Shown one piece after another: positions 1 through 7,048 of a stretch of DNA of 12,449 nucleotides. A program made the position numbers and the translations under genes. The notes under the pieces are model-generated. The model saw nothing but the letters and a program-made list of their open reading frames with translations, did no database searches and had not been told where the DNA came from. Numbering within the stretch: position 1 is the stretch's first letter; each line of letters opens with the position of its first letter. The stretch comes from Ruminococcus sp. (GTDB lineage: Bacteria; Bacillota; Clostridia; Oscillospirales; Ruminococcaceae), in the NCBI GenBank assembly GCA_021200415.1, contig JAJQGO010000028.1:1-12449 (forward strand). The letters are read 5' to 3'.

Positions 1-22
1 ATTAATTCAATGCCGGCTTTCG

Positions 23-45
23 CCCCTCTCTTTTGAGAGGGGTTT
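23..45 (+). terminator. Probable intrinsic terminator of a + strand gene lying off the left edge
   Basis: Perfect 8-bp stem CCCCTCTC (23-30) / GAGAGGGG (35-42) with a TTTT loop, followed by TTTG. No ORF covers it. Confidence 0.5.
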
Positions 46-126
46 GCTGTATATTCCATGTTTATTGTTACTTATTGCACTAATAATATGTAGAATTTTA
101 AATTTTCAGTTGAAAGGAAGAGCAGA

Positions 127-414
127 ATGAAAGTTAATGTAATTGGCGGAACTATGACATCCCGCGAAATTGATGAGTACATAAAATACGGTCAGGAAAA
201 ATACAAGGGACGCCAGATTTGCCGTCTCGATGTGACTGTCGATGGGGATTTTGTTGATTTGAAGTTCTATTTTAAGGATACAAATTTTCAACACGCCTAT
301 CGTTCAACTGACTATTTGGTTAATAAAGTAGACAAGCTAAACAGTGCTAAACAGTCGGAATTCCTTGATAAAAATTACAACTGGGTTTCGGAGAATTCAA
401 ATGAACTTAACTAA
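127..414 (+). CDS. Small hypothetical protein (95 aa), family not recognised
   Basis: ATG 127 lies 6 nt after GAAAGGAAG (112-120) and opens 95 uninterrupted codons. The 3' end overlaps the rsmA start by 14 nt (401-414), which suggests translational coupling. I can name no motif. Confidence 0.55.
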   Translation: MKVNVIGGTMTSREIDEYIKYGQEKYKGRQICRLDVTVDGDFVDLKFYFKDTNFQHAYRSTDYLVNKVDKLNSAKQSEFLDKNYNWVSENSNELN

Positions 415-1258
415 TATCGGGAACATAAAAGATATTCTCAGCAGACATGGGTTCAGCTTCTCAAAGGGACTTGGTCAAAACTTTATTATAAATCCTGAGA
501 TTTGCCCTAAAATAGCCGAAAATGGCAACGCTCGCGCCGGATTTGGCATACTTGAAATTGGAACGGGAATCGGTGTCCTGACGGCTGAGCTTGCAAAACG
601 TGCCGACAAGGTCACAGCTATCGAGATTGATTCGCGGCTTCTCCCGATTCTGGATGAAACTCTTGCGGAATTTAAAAATATAAAGATAATTAACGAAGAT
701 ATTATGAAATGCGATCTGCAAAAGATAATTCAAAATGAGTTTGTTGGTTTAAATGTTGCTGTTTGTGCGAATCTTCCTTACTACATCACTTCGCCTGTCA
801 TCATGTTGCTGCTCGAAAGTCACCTGCCTATCGAATCAATCACTGTTATGGTGCAGAAGGAGGCGGCTCAGCGGCTTTGCGCCAAGGTTGGCACGAGGGA
901 ATCCGGTGCAATTACAGTTGGTGTTAATTATTTCGGAACAGCTAAAAACTTATTTAATGTTTCTCGTGGGAATTTTATGCCGTCTCCGAATGTTGATTCA
1001 TCAGTTATAAGAATTGATGTTAACCATAATCCAAGACTTAATCCTGAAGATGAAAAATTTTTCTTTTCCATTGTTAAAAGTGGGTTCTCTCAACGCAGAA
1101 AAACTGTTGCAAATGCATTATCCTCGCAAATGGGTATTGATAAACAAATTATCTATAATGCACTCGCAGTAATAAATCTTCCTGAAACTGCACGAATTGA
1201 GCAGCTTAACATGGAACAATTGATTCAATTTTCACAAAATATCAAAGAGAAATTATAA
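401..1258 (+). CDS. rsmA: 16S rRNA (adenine1518/1519-N6)-dimethyltransferase RsmA/KsgA
   Basis: The N-terminus is KsgA-like (SRHGFSFSKGLGQNFI). It has the SAM-binding LEIGTGIGVLT and the NLPYYITS motif. I chose ATG 401 (MNLTNIG...), 5 nt after GGAGAA (390-395), over the track start at 344, which adds 19 unconserved residues with no SD. Confidence 0.95.
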   Translation: MNLTNIGNIKDILSRHGFSFSKGLGQNFIINPEICPKIAENGNARAGFGILEIGTGIGVLTAELAKRADKVTAIEIDSRLLPILDETLAEFKNIKIINEDIMKCDLQKIIQNEFVGLNVAVCANLPYYITSPVIMLLLESHLPIESITVMVQKEAAQRLCAKVGTRESGAITVGVNYFGTAKNLFNVSRGNFMPSPNVDSSVIRIDVNHNPRLNPEDEKFFFSIVKSGFSQRRKTVANALSSQMGIDKQIIYNALAVINLPETARIEQLNMEQLIQFSQNIKEKL

Positions 1259-1260
1259 CA

Positions 1261-1303
1261 AAAAGGACTGCATAAAACAGTCTTTTTTTTTTTTTTTTTT
1301 TTT
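1261..1303 (+). terminator. Intrinsic terminator of rsmA with an unusually long T tract
   Basis: Stem AAAAGGACTG (1261-1270) pairs with CAGTCTTTTT (1278-1287), 10 bp including one G-U, around a CATAAAA loop. It runs into 21 consecutive T (1283-1303). Confidence 0.8.
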
Positions 1304-1311
1304 GAAATCCA

Positions 1312-1340
1312 TTGACAAATTTTGTGCAATAGGATATAAT
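1312..1340 (+). promoter_or_regulatory. Consensus sigma-A promoter for the dockerin-protein gene
   Basis: TTGACA (1312-1317), 17-nt spacer, TATAAT (1335-1340). The T21 tract lies just upstream in UP-element position. Confidence 0.75.
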
Positions 1341-1386
1341 ATATATAGAGAAACTTCTACATTATCAATAACAGGAGGTGCTGATT

Positions 1387-2343
1387 ATGAGAAAAAATAT
1401 TATATCTATTGCTGCTGCTTTGGGAATCGCCACAAGCGGCTTGACAGCGGTATCAGCTAATGCCGACGGCTATTACTGGTGGGGAACGGTCATTTCTGAC
1501 GAACAAATTAGCGAAATAGCTCAGGGCATGGTTGAGTTGGAGGCAAGCAATGTGTTTAATACCGGCTCAGAAAAGGTCGTTGCTGCGTATATGTCGGAAA
1601 ATTATAACAATATATTAGTTTTTACTGAATATCCTGCGCAGATTTCAATTGATTTTTTTGACAGCACGGGCTTGGAAATATTGCAATCAATTGTTAACGA
1701 CTATAACTCTGAAAATAATACAAATATTACTGTTTCCGTCAGCGAGGAGTACCTTACAGGTATGGTGACGTTAAAAGATGTTCAAAATTACGATACCGTC
1801 GCAAAAATTTTAAAGGACGCTATTATTTCAGAAAACATTGCAGAGAGCTTAACCTACATATCTGCGTCAATAAATTGGAGAACAGGCTATTACGGCGATG
1901 ATTCTGTTTTAACTTATACCGAATTGTACGGCAACGGAAATGATTTGAATGCTATCGAAAGCTATTTTATTGATAACAACATTGACTACAGATACAGTAA
2001 CAGCGCACTCATTGGCGGAGAAGATTTGACAAGAGTTGAACAAATGGAAATCGCATACGACCTTTACGATAATTATGGAGCTGTTTTTTCACACATTTAC
2101 CTTATGGACTGTGACGATTCATGTTCGGCAGGCGGCGTTTATATTGATATGCTGAACGCTGTTGACGGTGACGCTAATTCTGACGGTGAGCTTAACATTT
2201 CTGATGCCGTCGCAATTATGGCGTCGGTGACAAACTCCCGTAAATATCCATTGTCAATTGAAGGAGCTTATAACGCCGATGTAACCGGATATGATGGAAT
2301 TTCATCTGACGATGCACTTGCTGTTCAGAGAATGCTTGTTTAA
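1387..2343 (+). CDS. Secreted protein with an uncharacterised N-terminal region and a C-terminal type-I dockerin module
   Basis: AGGAGG (1373-1378) lies 8 nt before ATG 1387. The signal peptide is MRKNIISIAAALGIATSGLTAVSANA|DG. The C-terminal ~59 aa (nt 2164-2340) carry two Ca-binding dockerin repeats, DGDANSDGELNISDAVAIM and NADVTGYDGISSDDALAVQRML. I recognise nothing in the ~230 aa between. Confidence 0.85.
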   Translation: MRKNIISIAAALGIATSGLTAVSANADGYYWWGTVISDEQISEIAQGMVELEASNVFNTGSEKVVAAYMSENYNNILVFTEYPAQISIDFFDSTGLEILQSIVNDYNSENNTNITVSVSEEYLTGMVTLKDVQNYDTVAKILKDAIISENIAESLTYISASINWRTGYYGDDSVLTYTELYGNGNDLNAIESYFIDNNIDYRYSNSALIGGEDLTRVEQMEIAYDLYDNYGAVFSHIYLMDCDDSCSAGGVYIDMLNAVDGDANSDGELNISDAVAIMASVTNSRKYPLSIEGAYNADVTGYDGISSDDALAVQRMLV

Positions 2344-2356
2344 ATAAATTTAATCT

Positions 2357-2396
2357 AAAAGCGGTTCGACTTTATGCCGAACCGTTTTTATTTTTC
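2357..2396. terminator. Bidirectional terminator between the convergent dockerin gene and rarA
   Basis: Stem CGGTTCG (2362-2368) / CGAACCG (2378-2384) is flanked by AAAA on the left and TTTTTATTTTT on the right. The rarA stop codon (2388-2390) sits in the T tract. Confidence 0.75.
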
Positions 2397-3656
2397 ATCT
2401 AATATTTTCTTTCGGTAGAGATACGCCGACTGCTCCTGCTTATTATCGCCGAATTTGTAATAAACGTGTCCCTTCAGCGCATCGGGAAGATACTGCTGCT
2501 TCACGTAATGATTCGGGTAATCGTGGGGATACAGATAATGCTGCCCCACAACCGACGCACCCTTGCCGTCAAAATGCTTATTTTGGAGGTGGCGTGGGAA
2601 ATCGAGAGCGTCACATGAGCGCAAATCCTCAATTGCCGCATCAATGGCGGCATCCGCACTGTTGGACTTCGGAGCTGTCGCAAGCAAAATTATCGCCTCC
2701 GCAAGAGGTATGCGTGCTTCGGGCAGACCCAGCTGCAATGCCGAATCGACGCAGCTTTTGACTATGGAAATCGCCTGCGGATAGGCAAGTCCGATGTCCT
2801 CAGCGGCAATCACGAGAAGCCGCCTCGAAAGGGAAATTATATCCCCCGCCTCCATAAGACGCGCGGCATAGTGAAGAGCCGCATTTTCATCTGAGCCGCG
2901 AATTGATTTTTGCAGCGCCGAGAGGAGATCATAATGCTGATCGCCGTCCCTGTCGTAGCGCATATTGCTCCGCTGTGCGAGGATTTTCAGGGACTCCTCG
3001 GTTACAGTAATTTTTCCGTCCGAAATTTCTCCGCAGACCGCGCAAAGCTCCGCCGTATTCATCGCCTTACGCACATCGCCTCCGCAGCCGTACGCTATAA
3101 GGCGGCATATTTCCTCCGAGGCTGAAATTTCAGTTCCCGAATCCTCCGAAATCAGGCGAAACGCCCTTTTTATGGCGGGAATCAGCTGTTCTGCGGAAAC
3201 AGGCTTAAATTCAAATACCGTGCAGCGGCTTATAACAGCATTGTAGACGGAAAAATAAGGATTCTCAGTTGTCGAAGCAATTAACGTAATATCGCCGTTT
3301 TCGATGTATTCAAGCAAGCTCTGCTGCTGTTTTTTGTTGAGATATTGAATCTCGTCAAGGTAGAGGAGAATTCCGTTTTCGGCGGCAAATGTTCCGATTT
3401 CCGAAATAACCTCCTTAATATCGGAAACGGAGGCGCTTGTTCCATTGAGCTTATGAAGCGTCATATCGCAGTTTTCGGCGATAATCCGCGCGACAGTTGT
3501 CTTGCCGACACCTGACGGGCCGTAGAAAATCATATTCGGGATACGTCCGCTGTCGATTATGCGGCGAAGGGGCTTGCCCTCGGAAAGAATATGCTCCTGA
3601 CCCACCACGTCCTGCAAGGATTTCGGGCGTATTTTATCAGCTAACGGTGCGGACAT
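2388..3656 (-). CDS. rarA: Replication-associated recombination protein A (RarA/MgsA AAA+ ATPase)
   Basis: It starts MSAPLADKIRPKSLQDVVGQEHIL and has Walker A GPSGVGKTT, Walker B LLYLDEIQ, and a MgsA-type C-terminal domain (LSALQKSIRGSDENAALHY). ATG 3656 lies 6 nt after AAGGAGG (3663-3669, minus strand). The track start at 3680 falls inside the glyA terminator hairpin. Confidence 0.93.
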   Translation of the reverse strand: MSAPLADKIRPKSLQDVVGQEHILSEGKPLRRIIDSGRIPNMIFYGPSGVGKTTVARIIAENCDMTLHKLNGTSASVSDIKEVISEIGTFAAENGILLYLDEIQYLNKKQQQSLLEYIENGDITLIASTTENPYFSVYNAVISRCTVFEFKPVSAEQLIPAIKRAFRLISEDSGTEISASEEICRLIAYGCGGDVRKAMNTAELCAVCGEISDGKITVTEESLKILAQRSNMRYDRDGDQHYDLLSALQKSIRGSDENAALHYAARLMEAGDIISLSRRLLVIAAEDIGLAYPQAISIVKSCVDSALQLGLPEARIPLAEAIILLATAPKSNSADAAIDAAIEDLRSCDALDFPRHLQNKHFDGKGASVVGQHYLYPHDYPNHYVKQQYLPDALKGHVYYKFGDNKQEQSAYLYRKKILDEK

Positions 3657-3670
3657 AGGAAACCTCCTTA

Positions 3671-3702
3671 AAAAATTCAAGGACGGACAGTTGTCCGTCC
3701 TT
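3671..3702 (-). terminator. Hairpin terminator after glyA, immediately upstream of the rarA SD
   Basis: On the minus strand, a 10-bp stem AAGGACGGAC / GTCCGTCCTT (3679-3688 / 3693-3702) is followed by GAATTTTTT, which runs straight into AAGGAGG of rarA. Confidence 0.65.
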
Positions 3703-3719
3703 GTTTAGGCAAAGTATGA

Positions 3720-4976
3720 TTACTTATAAAGAGGATACTTGCTGCAAATTTCGGTTACGCCGGCACGGATTTCATCCGCCTTGTTCTCGAAATCTGTAGC
3801 GCAGAGGTAGATATATTCCGCAATTTTTTCCATTTCCTCAACGCCAAGACCACGAGTTGTAACGGCAGGTGTACCGATTCTGATACCGCTTGTTACGAAT
3901 GGCTTTTCGGGATCGTTGTGGATAGCGTTTTTGTTGACAGTGATATAAACCTCATCAAGTCTATGCTCAAGCTCCTTGCCTGTGATGTTGAACGGACGGA
4001 GATCAACGAGCATGAGGTGATTATCCGTGCCGCCGGAAACGAGGTTGAAGCCTCTCTTGACAAGACCGTCTGCAAGAGCCTTTGCGTTTTCGATTATTCT
4101 GGACTGATACTCCTTGAATTCAGGCTTGAGAGCCTCGCCGAAGCAAACAGCCTTAGCTGCGATAGTGTGCATGAGAGGGCCGCCCTGAGTTCCGGGGAAG
4201 ATTGCGGAGTTGATTTTCTTTGCGAGAGCCTCATCGTTTGTGAGGATAAGTCCGCCTCTTGGACCTCTGAGAGTTTTGTGAGTTGTAGTTGTCACGATGT
4301 CCGCATAGGGAACAGGTGACTGGTGCAGACCTGCCGCAACAAGACCTGCGATATGAGCCATATCAACCATAAAGAGAGCGCCTACAGACTTTGCGATTTC
4401 AGAAAGTCTCTTGAAGTCAATAGCTCTCGGATATGCGCTTGCGCCTGCAACGATAAGCTTCGGCTTATGCTCCTCAGCAAGCTTCTGAACCGTATCGTAA
4501 TTGATAGTTTCGGTTTCATCGTCAAGACCGTAGGAAACGAAGTTAAAATATTTTCCCGAGAGATTTACAGGTGAACCGTGAGTGAGGTGTCCGCCGTCTG
4601 CAAGGCTCATGCCGAGAACCGTATCGCCGGGCATGAGAGTTGCGAAATAAGCGGCAGTATTAGCCTGTGCGCCTGAATGGGGCTGAACATTTGCGTAAGC
4701 TGCGCCGAAGAGCTTTTTTGCACGCTCGATGGCAATCTGCTCTACAACGTCAACACATTCGCAGCCGCCGTAATAACGCTTTCCGGGATAGCCCTCAGCG
4801 TACTTGTTTGTGAGGACGGAGCCCATAGCTGCCATAACAGCGGGGGAAACGATATTTTCGCTTGCGATAAGCTCAAGATTTCTCTGCTGACGTGCAAGCT
4901 CCTTTCCCATAGCCTCGCCGACCTCGGGGTCGTAGCCCTGAACAAAACCGATTGAATCCATAAGATCATTATACAT
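3720..4976 (-). CDS. glyA: Serine hydroxymethyltransferase
   Basis: A 418-aa ORF with SHMT hallmarks: [11 protein letters not shown], the PLP-lysine motif [14 protein letters not shown], and [20 protein letters not shown] (4987-4993, minus strand) lies 10 nt before ATG 4976. Confidence 0.97.
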   Translation of the reverse strand: MYNDLMDSIGFVQGYDPEVGEAMGKELARQQRNLELIASENIVSPAVMAAMGSVLTNKYAEGYPGKRYYGGCECVDVVEQIAIERAKKLFGAAYANVQPHSGAQANTAAYFATLMPGDTVLGMSLADGGHLTHGSPVNLSGKYFNFVSYGLDDETETINYDTVQKLAEEHKPKLIVAGASAYPRAIDFKRLSEIAKSVGALFMVDMAHIAGLVAAGLHQSPVPYADIVTTTTHKTLRGPRGGLILTNDEALAKKINSAIFPGTQGGPLMHTIAAKAVCFGEALKPEFKEYQSRIIENAKALADGLVKRGFNLVSGGTDNHLMLVDLRPFNITGKELEHRLDEVYITVNKNAIHNDPEKPFVTSGIRIGTPAVTTRGLGVEEMEKIAEYIYLCATDFENKADEIRAGVTEICSKYPLYK

Positions 4977-5027
4977 TTTAATAGCACTCCTTTAAAAATA
5001 CTGAAAAGCCGTAAATTAGCACTTCTA

Positions 5028-5056
5028 ATTATACACCATCATTTGGAAAATTTCAA
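5028..5056 (-). promoter_or_regulatory. Sigma-A promoter of glyA
   Basis: On the minus strand: TTGAAA (5056-5051), 17-nt spacer, TATAAT (5033-5028). The leader is only ~45 nt, which leaves no room for a riboswitch. Confidence 0.75.
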
Positions 5057-5234
5057 TAGCTGAAAAAGAAAAATTGGGGATTATCAAAATATTACTGACA
5101 AATATTCTGAAAAATATCGTTGGAAATTGTATTAAGTGCATATAAATGCAAAAAGAAATAAAAAGAAATATGCTGTTTTGGTGAAATAAAATGCTGAAAA
5201 TGGCGAAAGTGCAAATCGAGTCGAAAAGTTTTTC

Positions 5235-5263
5235 TTGCTTTTCTTGTTAAGACATGGTAAAAT
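5235..5263 (+). promoter_or_regulatory. Candidate upstream promoter (P1) facing radA
   Basis: TTGCTT (5235-5240), 17-nt spacer, TAAAAT (5258-5263), with an extended -10 TG at 5255-5256. Confidence 0.5.
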
Positions 5264-5307
5264 ATGATTGTAGGGCAAAAGAAAAATAGAAAAAGAACAA
5301 AGGAAAG

Positions 5308-5344
5308 GTGTCGAAGTGCTTGCGCTTCGGCATTATTTCTTTTA
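5308..5344 (+). terminator. Terminator-like hairpin between the two radA-proximal promoters
   Basis: GTGTCGAAGTG (5308-5318) pairs with CGCTTCGGCAT (5323-5333), 11 bp including 3 G-T pairs, around a CTTG loop. It is followed by TATTTCTTTTA (5334-5344). Confidence 0.3.
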
Positions 5345-5356
5345 TGGCGTCCGCCC

Positions 5357-5385
5357 TTGAAATAGCAGCCGTAATGATGTATAAT
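5357..5385 (+). promoter_or_regulatory. Sigma-A promoter (P2) of radA
   Basis: TTGAAA (5357-5362), 17-nt spacer, TATAAT (5380-5385). This is ~45 nt upstream of ATG 5430, with AAAGGA (5418-5423) as the SD. Confidence 0.75.
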
Positions 5386-5429
5386 AGAACCATAATCATG
5401 GGCAAGGCTCATGCCGGAAAGGATAAATT

Positions 5430-6797
5430 ATGGCTAAATCAAAATATATTTACACCTGCAACCAATGCGGATATGAAACCTCCAAATGGAACGGCAAATG
5501 TCCCTCCTGCGGCGCATGGAACAGCTTCGAGGAGGATGCCGCAGTCACAGCTCCGACAGCCGCTCATTCCTCTCAGGGAGGTGCGGATCTGTCCGATAAA
5601 ATTCTTGAGCTTGAAAGCATCGGCGTGGACGACGACGTTCGCTACGACACAGGTCTTGGGGAGCTGAACCGCGTTCTCGGCGGAGGTCTTGTCAAAGGCT
5701 CGCTCGTGCTTCTCGGGGGCGAACCGGGAATCGGAAAAAGCACTATTTTGCTTCAGATATGCCAGTTCCTCGGGGAAGAGCATTCCGTCCTCTACGTTTC
5801 GGGTGAGGAATCGGCAAGGCAGATTAAGCTCCGTGCCCAAAGGCTTGGCGTTGATACGGAAAATCTCTATATCCTTACCTCAACTGACGCTGAATCGGTT
5901 GCGGAAACGATTTCCTCCTGCACGCCCGATATTGCTATTATAGATTCAATCCAGACGATGAGCATCAACAGGCTTACGTCAAGCCCGGGAAGCCTCACGC
6001 AGGTCAGGGAATGCACGAATCTTTTTATGCATACTGCGAAAAGTCAGGAAATCCCGATAATTATTGTGGGGCACGTCAACAAGGACGGTGCAATTGCAGG
6101 GCCAAAGGTCATGGAGCATATAGTTGACGCCGTTCTCTATTTCGAGGGCGAACGCCACCAGAGCTACAGACTGCTTAGGGCTGTCAAGAATCGTTTTGGC
6201 TCGACAAATGAAATCGGCGTTTTTGAAATGGTTGACAAGGGCTTGCGGGAGGTTGAAAATCCCTCGCAGATGCTTCTTTCGGGCAGACCCCATAATGTTT
6301 CCGGAACGTGCGTTGCCTGCGTCATGGAGGGAACACGTCCGATTCTTGCGGAGGTTCAGGCTCTTGCCGCAAAAACAAGCTATGCCGCCCCCCGAAGAAT
6401 GGTTACGGGATTTGACTTCAACAGGCTGAATATAATAATTGCCGTTCTCGAAAAAAGACTTGGAATTTACATGAACTCCCTTGACATTTATCTTAACATA
6501 GTCGGGGGATTCAGGCTTGACGAGCCTGCCGGCGATTTGCCCGTGGCGATGGCGCTCTATTCGGGAATCATGGACAAGCAAATTGATGAGGAGCTTATAG
6601 CGTTCGGGGAAATTGGTCTTGGCGGCGAAATCCGTTCGGTTTCCCACATTGTCCAGCGTATCCGTGAGGCGGAACGCATGGGATTCAGAACCTGCGTCGT
6701 TCCGAAGCAGTCCATGAGCGGCATTGATCCGAAGGATTATAACATAAGCATAATTGCTGCGGAAACCCTCCGACAGGCGTTTTCGGTCATAAAATAA
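5430..6797 (+). CDS. radA: DNA repair protein RadA/Sms
   Basis: It has the N-terminal zinc finger CNQCGYETSKWNGKCPSCGAWNSF, Walker A GGEPGIGKST, the RadA-specific KNRFG motif (AVKNRFGSTNE), and a Lon-protease-like C-terminal domain. Confidence 0.97.
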   Translation: MAKSKYIYTCNQCGYETSKWNGKCPSCGAWNSFEEDAAVTAPTAAHSSQGGADLSDKILELESIGVDDDVRYDTGLGELNRVLGGGLVKGSLVLLGGEPGIGKSTILLQICQFLGEEHSVLYVSGEESARQIKLRAQRLGVDTENLYILTSTDAESVAETISSCTPDIAIIDSIQTMSINRLTSSPGSLTQVRECTNLFMHTAKSQEIPIIIVGHVNKDGAIAGPKVMEHIVDAVLYFEGERHQSYRLLRAVKNRFGSTNEIGVFEMVDKGLREVENPSQMLLSGRPHNVSGTCVACVMEGTRPILAEVQALAAKTSYAAPRRMVTGFDFNRLNIIIAVLEKRLGIYMNSLDIYLNIVGGFRLDEPAGDLPVAMALYSGIMDKQIDEELIAFGEIGLGGEIRSVSHIVQRIREAERMGFRTCVVPKQSMSGIDPKDYNISIIAAETLRQAFSVIK

Positions 6798-6806
6798 TAT
6801 ATTGCC

Positions 6807-6985
6807 TTAAGGCAGCACCGTACAAAGAACGCCTGTCGGCTTTGCCGCACATCTGCTCGTCAATTTCCGCCATCTTTCACAAAAATTTTTTGACATACGT
6901 TAGTATGCCTGCAAAATTTTTGTTGCATCTGACGAAAATATGGACTTCGTATCTGTACGACAATCTTTGTGCGGTGTTGCCTTAA
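6807..6985. repeat. Expanded (179-bp) copy of a TTAA-bounded inverted-repeat intergenic element
   Basis: The left 58 nt match 11877-11934 at 50/58 and the right 35 nt match 11921-11955 at 33/35 (hand alignment). The 21-nt terminal arms (6807-6827 / 6965-6985) are inverted repeats with two G-T positions. About 100 extra internal bp are present relative to the short copy. Confidence 0.85.
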
Positions 6986-7020
6986 GCAAAACAAAACGAC
7001 CGCAAATGCGGCCGTTTTTG
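6986..7020. terminator. Bidirectional terminator shared by convergent radA and htpG
   Basis: Stem CGACCGC (6997-7003) / GCGGCCG (7008-7014) has one mismatch. It is flanked by GCAAAACAAAA on the left and TTTTTG on the right. Confidence 0.65.
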
Positions 7021-7048
7021 ATATATGATATTTGTGTATCCGGATTGT

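Noticed and set aside
61-126. Promoter for the small ORF/rsmA operon
   Set aside because: The best candidates (TTGCAC 75-80 with TAAATT 99-104; TTGTTA 65-70 with TATGTA) are weak matches. I could not choose between them, so none is reported as a feature.
344-400. Longer rsmA ORF starting at ATG 344 (ORF track)
   Set aside because: The extra 19 residues (MLNSRNSLIKITTGFRRIQ) have no SD and are unlike KsgA N-termini. They lie wholly inside the upstream small ORF. ATG 401 has a GGAGAA SD.
3657-3680. Longer rarA ORF starting at 3680
   Set aside because: The extension lies in the terminator T-run directly abutting the glyA terminator hairpin (3679-3702) and contains rarA's own AAGGAGG. ATG 3656 gives the conserved MSAPLADKIRP start.
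4980-5030. CIRCE-like half sites in the glyA leader (ATAGCACTC at 4981-4989, TTAGCACTT at 5016-5024) and the palindrome AATTAG-N5-CTAATT (5014-5030) over the glyA -10/TSS
   Set aside because: The two half sites are direct, not inverted, and neither has a GAGTGCTAA partner 9 nt away. One is largely the complement of the glyA SD region. The 6-bp AT-rich palindrome is short enough to arise by chance.
4977-5056. Riboswitch (ZTP/pfl, THF or T-box) upstream of glyA
   Set aside because: A strong promoter sits only ~45 nt from the start codon, and the remaining spacer is unstructured AT-rich DNA without the conserved cores I remember for those classes.
5151-5170. Tandem decamer AAAAGAAATA x2
   Set aside because: It has only two units in A-rich spacer DNA and no further copies, so it is most simply low-complexity sequence.
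5092-5667. ORFs 5092-5412 (-, 106 aa) and 5308-5667 (+, 119 aa) in and around the glyA-radA spacer
   Set aside because: Both give low-complexity, Phe/Lys/His-rich translations of AT-rich promoter DNA. They overlap both promoters and, for the + ORF, the radA coding frame. Neither has a convincing SD or a recognisable motif.
6890-6918. Outward-facing promoter inside the long repeat copy (TTGACA at 6890-6895)
   Set aside because: The best -10 at a 17-18 nt spacing is AAAATT or AAATTT (3/6 to consensus), and no gene follows on that strand before the terminator.
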